From positions 1 to 49,997 of IMG/VR virus record IMGVR_UViG_2737471863_000004: a stretch of DNA of 49,997 nucleotides; one strand, 5' to 3'. A program made the translations under genes and the position numbers. Under the pieces are notes generated by a model. The model ran no database searches. It was not told the origin of the DNA and saw only the letters and a list, made by a program, of their open reading frames with translations. The DNA comes from a virus (Duplodnaviria > Heunggongvirae > Uroviricota > Caudoviricetes). This document shows, piece by piece, positions 39,815 to 49,997 of the stretch (its first letter is position 1; the number at the start of each line of letters is the position of its first letter).

Positions 39815-41086
39815 ATGGCTACTTGGCGACAAGGAATCAACTCAGGCGGCTTTCTAGCTGGTATCGGTGGGCAAAACTCAAATGCGCCAAAGGCAAGTGA
39901 TGTAAGTGAGGCGTTGGCCTATATTCGCCAGAACAACGAAATGGAGCGTTCAGGTCGCAATAACATCGGCCTTCAGGCGTTGCAGGGACTTGGTAGTGTC
40001 GCTCAAACATATCAAGCTGCAAAGCAACAGGAAGCGGATGCTGCATTCCAAAAAGAATATGCGGCAGCCATCCAGTCCGGTGATCGACAGCAGGTTCGAG
40101 ATCTGATGACCAAATATCCTGGTCAATTAGAGAAGATTCAGTCTGGTATGAAGTGGGCAGACGAAGACCAGCGCAATTCTATCGGCACCTTAGCGGCTGG
40201 CGCACGCCTTGCGTCATTGTCTCCAGAAGCAATGCAATCATGGCTGCAAAACAACGCCAAGGAACTGGCGCGCGTCGGTGTTGACCCTAACAGCGTTGCT
40301 CAGATGTATCAGCAGAACCCTTCAGGATTTGGTGAGTTTGTTGATCACCTTGGGATGGCTGCTCTCGGTCCGATTGACTACTTCAATGTTCAGGACAAGA
40401 TGGCTGGTCGCCAGCAGGAGCAGCAAAGAATTAACGAAACAATCCGTAATAATGACATGACAAATGCCAGAGGGTGGGCAAGCAACAATATTGCGCAACA
40501 AAATGTCAATCTTCGTCGGATGGAATTAGAGGACAAGAAATACGACAGACTCATCGCAAATGAAACTAATGCCTTAAAACTTGCTGAATTGCAGGACAAG
40601 AGATTGCAGAATCAGCAAGCTATGGAGCAGGCAAAGCGAGATAAGGCCGATGCGTACAACTCTGGAATGGATAATCTCTCCAGAACGATAGAGACGGCTA
40701 CAAAAGTTCTTAATAGCCCAGGATTCACGGGATATTTCGGAACAAACCTAAACCCACTATCGAGTAGATTCATTCCAGGAACAGAGGCTGCTGATACAGA
40801 AACTCTGGTTGACACACTGAAATCTCAGGGATTCTTATCTGGCATTCAGCAGATGAAAGGGATGGGGGCTTTAAGTAATGCCGAGGGGCAAAAGGTAATG
40901 GATGCTATTGGTAGTTTGTCCCCAAATCAGTCTGAAAAATCAGCCAGAGCAGCTATCAAAACAATCATAAAAACCACTGAGATGGCTCAGAAACGTATGC
41001 AACAGAAATACGGGAAGGACATACAACCGTCTCAACAGCAGCTTTCTGATGATGACCTGATTAATAAATATCTCGGAGGGCAGTAA
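39815..41086 (+). CDS. Ejection protein (P22 gp20-like)
   Basis: 423 aa; positional assignment. Confidence 0.55.
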   Translation: MATWRQGINSGGFLAGIGGQNSNAPKASDVSEALAYIRQNNEMERSGRNNIGLQALQGLGSVAQTYQAAKQQEADAAFQKEYAAAIQSGDRQQVRDLMTKYPGQLEKIQSGMKWADEDQRNSIGTLAAGARLASLSPEAMQSWLQNNAKELARVGVDPNSVAQMYQQNPSGFGEFVDHLGMAALGPIDYFNVQDKMAGRQQEQQRINETIRNNDMTNARGWASNNIAQQNVNLRRMELEDKKYDRLIANETNALKLAELQDKRLQNQQAMEQAKRDKADAYNSGMDNLSRTIETATKVLNSPGFTGYFGTNLNPLSSRFIPGTEAADTETLVDTLKSQGFLSGIQQMKGMGALSNAEGQKVMDAIGSLSPNQSEKSARAAIKTIIKTTEMAQKRMQQKYGKDIQPSQQQLSDDDLINKYLGGQ

Positions 41087-43200
41087 TGGCCTATAGTCGC
41101 GAACAGTTGATGACGGCGTTAAGGAATGCTGATGCTGCCGGCGATACTGAGGGAGCACGTCGCATTGCTCAGATGCTGTCTTCTGGTGATCAATCCACTC
41201 AAAACCAATCGCAGCCAGAAGAACAATCTCTGGTAGGAAAAGCCACTGACTGGCTCACTGGTGGTCAAAGCGCAGGGCAAATTGCAGAACAGGCTGGCCG
41301 TGGTCTGGTAAACATACCATTTGACGTATTGCAGGGTGGCGCAAGTCTGATTAATGCAATCAGCCAGGGACTTGGTGGCCCCAAGGTTTTGGATGATGTC
41401 TATCGTCCAGTCGATCGACCGACAGACCCTTACGCGCAAGCCGGTGAAACAATTGGTGGGTATCTCCTGCCAATTGGCACAGCGGCAAAAGCTGCTGGAG
41501 CGCCAGCAAAGCTCGCAGGAGACATCGGTTCCGCAGGAAACATGATTGCCGGTTCTCTTGCTGATGCTGCAAATCAGGAGGGTGATTTTGCACAAAATGC
41601 TGCCATTAACGGTGGTATCAATATTGGTGCTCAAGGCGTTCTTTCAGGTGTCGGGCGCGTTATTGCGCCAAGGGTTTCACAGGCTCTTGGTGGTGCAGCA
41701 CTGAATTCTGCTAATGATGTTTCCATGATGGCAAAGTCAGGTGCTGGGCGTCAGTCAATTGCCAGTCAGGCCGCTAATGTGTCCGAAGATGTAGCAAAAG
41801 CGGCTGAGTCTGCTGGAATTGATATAAACGCATTAACACCGGGAATGCGATCTGGAAGTCGTGGAATTGCACAAGCCGAAGGCGCATTGGCATCAACACC
41901 AGGGATTGTTCAGGATGCCCATCAGGCAGCATTTAACGAAATATCATCAAAGTTAAGTCGAAACCTTGATGAATTTGGGGCCGCATCTGGAACTGCATCA
42001 GAAAAAAGTGCGGCTATAAAACAAAGGATTCTTCAAAATCTTGATCAGATGAAGGATGCCGAGCGCGCGGCATGGGATGACGTGCGGTCAACAATGCCAA
42101 ATCAAAAAGCAAGAATGCTAAATGGTAATGCCGTTATTCAGGCAGAGCGATCTGCTGGCATACCGCTTACTCCTGAAATGAAACAGTTTGTTCAGGCAAA
42201 CAATCAAGGTGGAGTAACATTTGATGGCATGAAAGCATGGAGAGCGAAATTTGCTGATGCGGAGCAAAAATATAAGCGTAGCGGAGAGGCAAATGCGGCA
42301 AGGAGAGCAGGGGAAATACGCCGGGCAATTACTGATGATATGCGCACAATGGCGGAAAACGGCGGATTTCTTGATGACTGGCAAAAAGCTAATGATCTGT
42401 CTAAAGCGAGGTTATCAGCACAAGAGAGTGCAGAGTCTGTTTTCGGGCGTGATTTGGCAACAGATGCACTGATTACGAATGGAGTAAAATCTCTTCAATC
42501 ATCGTCAGCTAAAGGTCTTAATGGTCCTGCTGGATTCCATTCTATGATCCGCGCGCTGCCAGAATCAGAGCGTGTTCCTGCTATATCATCAATGTTGCAA
42601 GATGCTATCTCGCATGGTGTACGTGGTGGCAAAGCTGATGCAGCAGGAATTAACCATATCGCAGGGATACTTACCCCACAAAATGTAAAAGCCATTAGCA
42701 GATATTCCTCAGAACTCGGAAGAATTGCTGATGCATATGGCACTCTTGCAAGAGCAGCAGTGAAACCTCAGCAGTATATTGAAAGAACAGGGAGAACTGC
42801 CAATGTACTACGCGATCTGGATGCCGGTTTATCCAACGTCACATCAACAGTGTTAAATGCAATTGCCAACTCAACATCAGGTGCCATTGTTGGTGGAGCA
42901 GGAGGGGGCATTGCAGGCGCTGTCGCAGGTGCTTTAGTTGGCGCCGGGTTAAAAGGTGCTGTATCTAAAATTGCCACCACGCGTAGCGGTCGATATGCGA
43001 TAGAGAAAGCAGTTCAAGAAGCCACGAAAGCAGTAAGAGCTGGCGGAAGTAAAGAAGCATTAGCGGCGGCGGAACGCAGATTTATGGCAAATAAAGCCGC
43101 CGTAAAAGCAATACGCGATGCTATTGGTAGCGATGAATTCAATCGCTTGTCGAGAGCTGGTATTGTCGCCTCGTTAAGCGGTATGAATGAATATGAATAG
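41086..43200 (+). CDS. Ejection protein (P22 gp16-like)
   Basis: 704 aa; positional assignment. Confidence 0.55.
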   Translation: MAYSREQLMTALRNADAAGDTEGARRIAQMLSSGDQSTQNQSQPEEQSLVGKATDWLTGGQSAGQIAEQAGRGLVNIPFDVLQGGASLINAISQGLGGPKVLDDVYRPVDRPTDPYAQAGETIGGYLLPIGTAAKAAGAPAKLAGDIGSAGNMIAGSLADAANQEGDFAQNAAINGGINIGAQGVLSGVGRVIAPRVSQALGGAALNSANDVSMMAKSGAGRQSIASQAANVSEDVAKAAESAGIDINALTPGMRSGSRGIAQAEGALASTPGIVQDAHQAAFNEISSKLSRNLDEFGAASGTASEKSAAIKQRILQNLDQMKDAERAAWDDVRSTMPNQKARMLNGNAVIQAERSAGIPLTPEMKQFVQANNQGGVTFDGMKAWRAKFADAEQKYKRSGEANAARRAGEIRRAITDDMRTMAENGGFLDDWQKANDLSKARLSAQESAESVFGRDLATDALITNGVKSLQSSSAKGLNGPAGFHSMIRALPESERVPAISSMLQDAISHGVRGGKADAAGINHIAGILTPQNVKAISRYSSELGRIADAYGTLARAAVKPQQYIERTGRTANVLRDLDAGLSNVTSTVLNAIANSTSGAIVGGAGGGIAGAVAGALVGAGLKGAVSKIATTRSGRYAIEKAVQEATKAVRAGGSKEALAAAERRFMANKAAVKAIRDAIGSDEFNRLSRAGIVASLSGMNEYE

Positions 43201-43202
43201 CT

Positions 43203-43688
43203 TTATCTAATGTTGCTGCTACTGTTGCATGTGACGGTGTTTCCAAATCCTGAATTGCAGTTTGTATATGTGTCAACGCGTGTTGGGTAAGGTTGAGTTA
43301 TAACAGGCTGGCGCGCTTTTTGCTCGATCGCTTGCATTGTGTTTACAGCCTGATAATTCAATAAAGCCTGCTGGAATGCTTGGCTTTGCGCTATTTGTTG
43401 GGCTTGTTCTTGGCTTTGTAATTGAACATAAAGATTCTGAAGCTCAAGTCTTGCCTGTGCGTCACTTATCTTGCCTTCATCGACACCTTGCCCGAGCATC
43501 TTCGCAGCAAGGACATACAGCTTAGGTGTTGGTGCTGATGCCATGCGTGAGTCGTTCTTCACGCTGGCATCAAGGCAATTAGCCATATCACTAAGCTTTG
43601 GATAGCGTTGTTCGCAACTTGCTTGGTAGTCACTTACTTTTGCGCATCCAGCCAGCAGAAGCGGGATAATTAATAGTGATTTTTTCAT
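43203..43688 (-). CDS. Lipoprotein, 161 aa, prophage accessory gene (moron)
   Basis: Signal peptide with lipobox LLLAGC; Q-rich coiled-coil; co-oriented with mnt. Confidence 0.65.
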   Translation of the reverse strand: MKKSLLIIPLLLAGCAKVSDYQASCEQRYPKLSDMANCLDASVKNDSRMASAPTPKLYVLAAKMLGQGVDEGKISDAQARLELQNLYVQLQSQEQAQQIAQSQAFQQALLNYQAVNTMQAIEQKARQPVITQPYPTRVDTYTNCNSGFGNTVTCNSSSNIR

Positions 43689-43713
43689 AAAGTTATTTAT
43701 AAAATCCTTTCTA

Positions 43714-44028
43714 TTATTTATCAGAAGTTAGATTGTAATAATTGGTATAAGCTGAAATTGACTTCTGGCATGCTTCAAGAAACTCCTGTGGATTCATTCC
43801 AAGTCTTGCTTGCTCTGTGGTCAGAAAACGCTGTAAGAACTCATCTCCGCCAGGCATTTTTGTTGATTCTTGAAATGTTGCCATTTGTTTGATTGTGCCG
43901 CACATGCCAGCAAATTTCGAAGTTATCATGAGTTCTTGCAGGCCTTTAAGATCGCCATTATCTGATTTTTGTTTGGCGCAAACTATTGTAGAGAAGAACA
44001 ATATTAACAAAATAGCGATGCGTTTCAT
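43714..44028 (-). CDS. Secreted small protein, 104 aa, prophage accessory gene (moron)
   Basis: N-terminal signal peptide MKRIAILLILFFSTIVCA; AT-rich; start overlaps the mnt stop. Confidence 0.6.
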   Translation of the reverse strand: MKRIAILLILFFSTIVCAKQKSDNGDLKGLQELMITSKFAGMCGTIKQMATFQESTKMPGGDEFLQRFLTTEQARLGMNPQEFLEACQKSISAYTNYYNLTSDK

Positions 44029-44276
44029 TCTTCACCGTTGCCATGCATACATTTTAACTTCTCAACCTCATGCTCAAGCTCTATCAACCGCGATGCTATA
44101 GTTGCAATATCTAGTGCTTGAATATGTTTATTTTTTTCAGTCCATGCCTCAAGTGCTGCTACCATCTCAGCATTTAATGAACGAGAATTAGCCTCAGCCA
44201 GCTCAATAAGACGTTCCTTTATCTCTACAGGAAGCCTCAGATTCACTTGAGGGTTTTTGTACTTACGATCAGACAT
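44025..44276 (-). CDS. mnt: Mnt-like ribbon-helix-helix repressor (immI region)
   Basis: VNLRLPVEIKERLIELAEANSRSLNAEMVAALEAW parallels the P22 Mnt N-terminal RHH domain. Confidence 0.65.
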   Translation of the reverse strand: MSDRKYKNPQVNLRLPVEIKERLIELAEANSRSLNAEMVAALEAWTEKNKHIQALDIATIASRLIELEHEVEKLKCMHGNGEE

Positions 44277-44380
44277 CGGCGCATCCTGAATAATTATTTA
44301 CCACAGGATATGTAGGTATCTATTGACTATCAATGCGTACCTAAATACTATGTATGCGTACCACATACAAAGGAGCAAAA
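44277..44380. promoter_or_regulatory. Divergent immI control region with candidate operators
   Basis: 13-bp palindrome ATTGACTATCAAT and duplicated ATGCGTACC between divergent mnt and arc-like genes. Confidence 0.4.
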
Positions 44381-44527
44381 ATGAAAGTTAAGACATTAAG
44401 GATGCCAGAATGGCTGGAAAAGGCTTTGGAGCAGTCCGCGAAAAAGGATGATCGGTCGTTCAGTAATGAGGTATTGAGGAGACTAAAGGAGTCAGTAGCT
44501 AAGGATGGAATTGTTTGTCCAGAATGA
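44381..44527 (+). CDS. arc: Arc-like ribbon-helix-helix repressor, 48 aa
   Basis: ORF absent from the track; AAGGAG RBS; MKVKTLRMPEWLEKALEQSAKKDDRSFSNEVLRRLKES parallels P22 Arc. Confidence 0.55.
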   Translation: MKVKTLRMPEWLEKALEQSAKKDDRSFSNEVLRRLKESVAKDGIVCPE

Positions 44528-44593
44528 GTAAAGCCCAAGCTATTGCGAGTAGCTCGGGCTTAAATCGCCAGTAAATTTTGAGGAAAAACTGAC

Positions 44594-45517
44594 ATGAAAA
44601 GTATAGCAACAGCAGTATCTACTATCAACGTGCCATTCCACGGCGCAGAGCTTTATGTCGTCAATCACAACGGTGAGCCGTACACCCCAATGAAACCTAT
44701 CGTTGAGGGAATGGGGCTAGACTGGAAATCTCAACATAAGAAGATTTCTCAACGCTTCTCGAAGGGTATGGTGGAAATCACCATACCTTCTGCCGGTGGG
44801 GTGCAAGCCATGATTTGTATGGCTTTACGAAAATTGGCAGCTTGGTTGAACAGCATCAGTCCTAACAAAGTCCGCCCTGAAATCCGCGACAAGGTAATCC
44901 AGTATCAGGAAGAGTGTGACGATGTGCTCTACGAATACTGGACTAAAGGCTATGTGGTTAACCCGCGCAAAGCTAAAAAGGCGTTGCCTGGTAAAATCAC
45001 CACTGAACAGCAGGAAGCTATTAAACAGCTCGTCATGAGTCGCGGTCAGTCTCTGCCAAAAGAAAAACAGGCGAAGGCGATGATCACCATGTGGTCGTCA
45101 CTGAAATCCCATTTTGGATGTTCGTACAAAGAAATTAGTGAGGAGCAGTTTACCGAAGCACTGTCACTTGCAGCTCGAGTTCCACTTGAAGGTGAGTTCA
45201 TCGGCAAACAAGAGAAGAAAACCAACGAGCTTTCTGCAAAAGAAGCAAACAGCCTTGTATGGTTATGGGATTATGCCAACCGCTCACAGGCATTATTCCG
45301 CGAACTGTATCCGGCATTAAAACAAATTCAATCGAACTATTCCGGCAGATGCTACGACTACGGTCATGAGTTCTCGTATGTTATCGGAATGGCGAGGGAC
45401 GTTTTAATCAATCACACACGAGATGTTGATATTAATGAGCCAGACGGACCAACGAATCTTTCCGCATGGATGAGACTTAAGAATAAAGAATTACCTCCTT
45501 CAGTACATAACTACTGA
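44594..45517 (+). CDS. ant: Antirepressor Ant (AntA N-terminal domain family)
   Basis: 307 aa downstream of the arc-like gene; AntA-like N-terminus. Confidence 0.7.
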   Translation: MKSIATAVSTINVPFHGAELYVVNHNGEPYTPMKPIVEGMGLDWKSQHKKISQRFSKGMVEITIPSAGGVQAMICMALRKLAAWLNSISPNKVRPEIRDKVIQYQEECDDVLYEYWTKGYVVNPRKAKKALPGKITTEQQEAIKQLVMSRGQSLPKEKQAKAMITMWSSLKSHFGCSYKEISEEQFTEALSLAARVPLEGEFIGKQEKKTNELSAKEANSLVWLWDYANRSQALFRELYPALKQIQSNYSGRCYDYGHEFSYVIGMARDVLINHTRDVDINEPDGPTNLSAWMRLKNKELPPSVHNY

Positions 45518-45534
45518 CAGATAACCAACGCAAC

Positions 45535-45560
45535 GACCCAGCTTCGGCTGGGTTTTTTTA
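45535..45560 (+). terminator. Intrinsic terminator after ant
   Basis: Hairpin CCCAGCTTCGGCTGGG followed by TTTTTTT. Confidence 0.6.
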
Positions 45561-45617
45561 TGCCCAAAATTCACCGTGGCCACGCTGCGGCGATTCATTG
45601 TATCTGGAGCAAATTAA

Positions 45618-47516
45618 ATGACAGACATTACAGCCAATGTGATCGTATCGATGCCTTCGCAACTCTTCACTATGGCTCGTTCTTTTAAAGCCGTAGCCAA
45701 TGGCAAAATTTATATCGGTAAAATTGACACTGACCCTGTAAATCCTGAAAACCAGATTCAGGTTTATGTGGAGAACGAAGACGGTTCTCACGTTCCTGTT
45801 TCGCAACCAATCATCATTAACGCTGCTGGTTACCCGGTATATAACGGACAAATTGCCAAATTCGTTACTGTACAGGGACATTCTATGGCTGTTTATGATG
45901 CATACGGAGCGCAGCAGTTCTATTTTCCGAATGTGCTGAAGTATGACCCGGATCAGTTCTCTAAAACTCTTGCGTCAAGCAGTGGCGCGTCAATGGTTGG
46001 AACAAACGAAGGAGGTAATGTACAAGAGTATCTTGATTCTTTGGAAGAAAATATTTCAGTTTTGAAAATGGCTAATTTAATACCTCTTCCTATACGATAT
46101 AGCAATGAACATTCCTACAACATGGATCTTGGCGTTAACCCACAAGCCTTAGCTGAAGACAAAAACTACTGGTATATCACAGAAGATGTAACAACTACAC
46201 CAGGTGATTACCTTTGCCGTATAAGCAGAATAAATAAATCGGATGGAAGCAAGAAAACAGCTACAGGGACTGTTAAGTGTCATGGCCAAGGAATTGGTGT
46301 TCTTTTTGATGGAAGGGTCTTTGTTGGTGGTTCATCAAATAGCAAGATATCTATTGTTGATTTTGTTAATGACACAATTAATGAACAAGATTGCGTAGGT
46401 TTATATAAAGATTTTCCATTTTGCTTTGCGGCAGATGAAAATATCATATACCAACTGCAAGATAATGATTCAACTAGCGCAAACATTACCAGGCTGGCAG
46501 TTCTTGATTTTCATGATGGTTTTAAATCTGATTTCTCAATAGATAGGCAAATAGTAAAGGCTGGATACCCACAAGGGATAGCTACAGATGGGAGATATAT
46601 TTTTATATCTTGCGGAGATTCTTGGTCTGCATCAACAGGAGGGCAATGGAATGACTATTGGACATTATTCAGGACAACTATTGGTGGAGTTGTAATCGAT
46701 AGAGCAGCATTCCGCAGAAGTTCCATGGGGGCATTAATAGGAGTTACAGCAACTCAGCATGAGCCGCAGGGAATAAGCTATTTTGATGGTAAGATAAGCC
46801 TCATGCAATATATAGGAGACTCATCAGCTACAAAATGTGTAATATTCAAGCAAGATGCAAGTGGAATATGGTTAAGGTCTATACCTAAAAACAGATATGT
46901 AACATACAATGGGTTAGATGAAATAGGTATAAACATTTCATCTTTAACTAAAGGTAAAAGTATTTCAACCATAGTTAAAAATATGGTTGATGGTAGCACA
47001 ATAAACTTTTCAATATCTGGCGAGACAGCGATCACAGAAGATACTGGTATTGGTGGTTTTGGTACATGCTCTATAACCAAGATAAACAACTTCAGAGCGT
47101 ATGCATTAACAGTAGAGTCAAGTTCAGCGCTCTCTCCAGAAATATCTCCAATGGTTTCCTTTGTTGGAGTGTACAATGATGTTCAGTCAGGTGCCAAGAT
47201 GGTTTCTGGAAGCAGAAAATCACTTTTGTCTGTATATGCATCTAACGATATTTTGACTAAAAAAACAATTAATGTACCTTATATTTTGACATGCTGTAAT
47301 TTAATATTACACTGCACTAATGACTCATCAGCAAACCCATTAAGTGTAAATAAGTTCTTTAGGGAAGAGATAGATGAATATATTAAATCTAATATTGCAT
47401 TAATTATTGAGTCACCTGATAGTAATATCATGGCAAGTGTTAAATTCACATCAACAGGGATAGTTGTGAATTCAGTTACAGGTGCATTTATATTAAAGAA
47501 TATATACGTGTCATAG
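45618..47516 (+). CDS. Tailspike protein: P22 gp9-like head-binding domain with a divergent AT-rich receptor-binding part
   Basis: N-terminus [47 protein letters not shown]... matches P22 tailspike as recalled; the remainder does not, and its DNA is markedly AT-rich. Confidence 0.9.
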   Translation: MTDITANVIVSMPSQLFTMARSFKAVANGKIYIGKIDTDPVNPENQIQVYVENEDGSHVPVSQPIIINAAGYPVYNGQIAKFVTVQGHSMAVYDAYGAQQFYFPNVLKYDPDQFSKTLASSSGASMVGTNEGGNVQEYLDSLEENISVLKMANLIPLPIRYSNEHSYNMDLGVNPQALAEDKNYWYITEDVTTTPGDYLCRISRINKSDGSKKTATGTVKCHGQGIGVLFDGRVFVGGSSNSKISIVDFVNDTINEQDCVGLYKDFPFCFAADENIIYQLQDNDSTSANITRLAVLDFHDGFKSDFSIDRQIVKAGYPQGIATDGRYIFISCGDSWSASTGGQWNDYWTLFRTTIGGVVIDRAAFRRSSMGALIGVTATQHEPQGISYFDGKISLMQYIGDSSATKCVIFKQDASGIWLRSIPKNRYVTYNGLDEIGINISSLTKGKSISTIVKNMVDGSTINFSISGETAITEDTGIGGFGTCSITKINNFRAYALTVESSSALSPEISPMVSFVGVYNDVQSGAKMVSGSRKSLLSVYASNDILTKKTINVPYILTCCNLILHCTNDSSANPLSVNKFFREEIDEYIKSNIALIIESPDSNIMASVKFTSTGIVVNSVTGAFILKNIYVS

Positions 47517-47595
47517 TTTGCAAGAAGTCATGTATGAATAATACACTTGTACTGTGTCGCAAAGCTTTGTGCTGCCCGATAGTTGTTAAGGTGGA

Positions 47596-48753
47596 TCACT
47601 CCACCTTTTCATCAAGCCAGTCCGCCCACCACTGCATCATTTCTCTGCGCTTATCGAGATACTGTGCATGGTTGTAAATCCCACGCACAGATCCGCCGTT
47701 GGCATGTGCCAGTTGCACTTCAATGGCGTCGGCAGGCCATTCGTGCTCGTTCATAATCGTGCTGAATTCATGCCTGAATCCGTGACCGCTTTCCAGCCCC
47801 TCATAGCCGATTTGTTTGATCACAAGTAGCACCGCGTTCTCGCAGATTGGCTTCTTCTTATCGTTGCGCCCGGCAAAAACAAACTCTGATACTGGTTTGG
47901 TGATTGAGCTTAGCGTAGTGAGAAGTTCAACTACCTGGTCTGACATAGGAACCACATGAATTTTGCGTCCCTTCATCACATTGGCGTCGATGGTGATAAT
48001 ACTGTTTTCAAAATCGACGTTCTTCCATTGCATGGAACGAAGCTCTTTCGTTCTTAGGGCTGTGTAGCGTAAAACTTTGGTCGCAATGAGCGATACGATG
48101 CTTCCTGAAAATGTTGCCAGTGCTTTGTTGAATGCCGGGATCTGGTCTGCAGGAAGAAACGGGAAGTTCTTCTTGCGGTATCCCTTCATGGCGTCAGCAA
48201 GGTCAGGTGCAGGGTTATATTTAGCCCTGCCGGTGACAATAGCGTAACGGAAAACCTCGCCGCATCTTCTGCGGGCTTTATTGGCTCGCTCCATTGCACC
48301 GCGATCTTCAAATCTGCGGATTACTTCAAGAAGTTGCATCGGCTCAATATCCTGAATTTCAAGGCCGCCGATGATAGGTAAAATGTCGTCATCAAACATT
48401 TTTGCAAGTTCAGTCGCATACCCTACTGACCATACTTGCTTCTTGTGCTCGTACCATTCTTTGTAAATCGCACTAAAGGAATTGTTGTTAGACGAAGCCT
48501 TTTTCGCCTTTACCGGATCGATGCCAACCGAGATGTCTTTCTTCGCGGTCCATGCTTTATCTCTTGCCTCCTGCAAAGTCATTAGCGGATATTTTCCTAC
48601 GGTCAGTATTTTTTCCTTACCGTCAATCTTGTAGCGAAGCTGCCATACCTTTTTCCCTGATACAGGGACATAAAGATACAGGCCATTACCATCGAGAAGG
48701 CGGTATGGTTTTTCTTTCGGCTTTGCTGCTTCAATCTGCTTAACGGTGAGCAT
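47596..48753 (-). CDS. intS: Integrase IntS (tyrosine recombinase, argW-specific)
   Basis: From the internal Met MLTVKQIEAAKPKEKPYRLLDGNGLYLYV..., near-identical to E. coli K-12 IntS as recalled; adjacent to argW. Confidence 0.9.
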   Translation of the reverse strand: MLTVKQIEAAKPKEKPYRLLDGNGLYLYVPVSGKKVWQLRYKIDGKEKILTVGKYPLMTLQEARDKAWTAKKDISVGIDPVKAKKASSNNNSFSAIYKEWYEHKKQVWSVGYATELAKMFDDDILPIIGGLEIQDIEPMQLLEVIRRFEDRGAMERANKARRRCGEVFRYAIVTGRAKYNPAPDLADAMKGYRKKNFPFLPADQIPAFNKALATFSGSIVSLIATKVLRYTALRTKELRSMQWKNVDFENSIITIDANVMKGRKIHVVPMSDQVVELLTTLSSITKPVSEFVFAGRNDKKKPICENAVLLVIKQIGYEGLESGHGFRHEFSTIMNEHEWPADAIEVQLAHANGGSVRGIYNHAQYLDKRREMMQWWADWLDEKVE

Positions 48754-48914
48754 GGGTAAAAATCCGGTGGGTAAAATTATTTTATCCACTTTTTACCCGT
48801 CATGGTGTGCGGCTGTCAACGATCTGACGCGAACCATGACGAACCGTGAATATACGGAAGGCTTGATATTCAGGGGATTTTGCGGACTGGTGCGGATGGG
48901 AGCGAACTGATAAA

Positions 48915-48989
48915 TGGTGTCCCCTGCAGGAATCGAACCTGCAATTAGCCCTTAGGAGGGGCTCGTTATATCCATTTAACTAAGAGGAC
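48915..48989 (-). tRNA. argW: tRNA-Arg (anticodon CCU), argW
   Basis: Reverse complement GTCCTCTTAGTTAAATGGATATAACGAGCCCCTCCTAAGGGCTAATTGCAGGTTCGATTCCTGCAGGGGACACCA folds as a cloverleaf with anticodon loop CUCCUAA and a CCA end; its 3' end carries the att core. Confidence 0.9.
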
Positions 48990-49064
48990 AATGCGGCATG
49001 AGTATACCCGCTAATGGAGTGCGGGGTAAGTACGCTGCCGCTCGATTGCTTAAACCCTCGCCAT

Positions 49065-49997
49065 TTATGCTGGGTTTTTATCATTTTTCTTAATGTTTTC
49101 CGCACGTTCTGCTTTTTGGCGTGCTTCTGCTTTACGCTTGTTGCTCATGTCGTTACGAATCTGTGCATGACTCATTAACGCGAAGATAAAGGTGCCGCCG
49201 CAGATGTTCCCCGCTAAAGTAGGTAGTGCGAAGGGCCAGATGAAATCGCTCCAGTGCAGCGTGCCGTTAAACACCAGATAGAGGATTTCAACAGAACCGA
49301 CAACGATGTGGGTGGTGTCACCCAGTGCAATAAGCCAGGTCATCAATATAATCACCACAATCTTTGCCGCACCCGCAGCAGGAAACATCCAAACCATAGT
49401 GGCGATCAGCCAGCCGGAAATGATCGCGTTGGCAAACATCTCGCTGGGGGTGTTCTTCATCACATCCATGCCGATTTTGACAAATGCATCGCGAGTTTCT
49501 TCATTGAAGATAGGCATATATTCAAATGCCCATGCAGCAATACCTGTCCCGAGAATATTACCCAGCAGCACGACGCCCCATAATCGCATAAGTAAGCCGA
49601 CGTTGCTCATTGTCGGTTTTTGCATGACGGGTAGTACCGCAGTCACGGTGTTTTCGGTAAATAATTGCTGGCGGGCCATAATGACGATAATAAAACCAAA
49701 GGTATAACCGAGATTCTCCAGTAAGAAGCTGCCTGGCACTCCTTCCAGTTCGACATGAAATATCCCTTTTGCCAGTAGCGAAGCGCCCATCGACAGACCC
49801 GCCGCAATGGCTGACCACAGTAGCGCCATTGCGTCGCGTTCCAGCTCTTTTTCACCATCCTGGCGGATATGCTCATGAATTGCCATCGCCCGGGAGGGGA
49901 GTCGATCTTCATCTATTTCTATTTTTTTGCCGCGCTCTTTTTCTTCGCTCTCAACTTCAATTTCGTCGCTGTGTTGATCAATTTTGTCGTTGTCCAT
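49065..49997 (-). CDS. yfdC: YfdC, formate/nitrite transporter family inner-membrane protein (chromosomal flank)
   Basis: 310 aa, MDNDKIDQHSDEIEVE..., multiple TM segments; matches E. coli YfdC, which neighbours argW. Confidence 0.85.
   Translation of the reverse strand: MDNDKIDQHSDEIEVESEEKERGKKIEIDEDRLPSRAMAIHEHIRQDGEKELERDAMALLWSAIAAGLSMGASLLAKGIFHVELEGVPGSFLLENLGYTFGFIIVIMARQQLFTENTVTAVLPVMQKPTMSNVGLLMRLWGVVLLGNILGTGIAAWAFEYMPIFNEETRDAFVKIGMDVMKNTPSEMFANAIISGWLIATMVWMFPAAGAAKIVVIILMTWLIALGDTTHIVVGSVEILYLVFNGTLHWSDFIWPFALPTLAGNICGGTFIFALMSHAQIRNDMSNKRKAEARQKAERAENIKKNDKNPA

Larger units (their letters stand above)
10535..48929. mobile_element. Mosaic lambdoid prophage (lambda-like control and lysis modules, P22/Sf6-like virion module) integrated at argW
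   Basis: Bounded by the 16-bp direct repeat; intS next to argW at one end and torI at the other; a complete gene set from N/cI/cro through lysis, terminase, portal, coat, ejection proteins and tailspike. Confidence 0.8.

Noticed and set aside
47517-47595. Prophage att site between tailspike and intS
   Set aside because: No copy of the 16-bp core here; the core copies lie at argW and beside torI, so intS belongs to the same prophage as the tailspike.

Overview
This window is a composite mobile-DNA island at the tRNA-Arg(CCU) gene argW, with yfdC as chromosomal flank at the right edge. It holds two elements in tandem, each with its own IntS-family tyrosine integrase. (1) Positions 1 to about 10534 are a P4-like satellite, cut by the left window edge: AlpA/Vis-like regulator, two ORFs including a probable P2 GpN-like capsid homologue, a P4-type immunity-RNA repeat region, an alpha-type primase-helicase, a GGTAACA iteron array, an Ogr/Delta zinc-finger activator, then a sharply AT-rich two-gene cargo operon (7367..9220) abutting the integrase. 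(2) Positions about 10535 to 48929 are a roughly 38.4-kb mosaic lambdoid prophage bounded by a 16-bp direct repeat identical to the argW 3' end, with the excisionase TorI at one end and IntS at the other. Its N, cII, nutL/nutR, NinB/E/F/H, Q, pR'/tR', S, R and Rz are lambda-like, and cI is lambda-like only in its C-terminal domain; its virion module (terminase through ejection proteins, immI region, tailspike) is P22/Sf6-like. The best candidate for an undescribed system is the AT-rich cargo pair: its first protein carries a PD-(D/E)xK-like nuclease motif and the second has no motif I can recognise. A secondary candidate is a pair of exported proteins co-oriented with the Mnt-like repressor gene. 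All assignments are from reading the sequence and recalled protein families; no database search was run.
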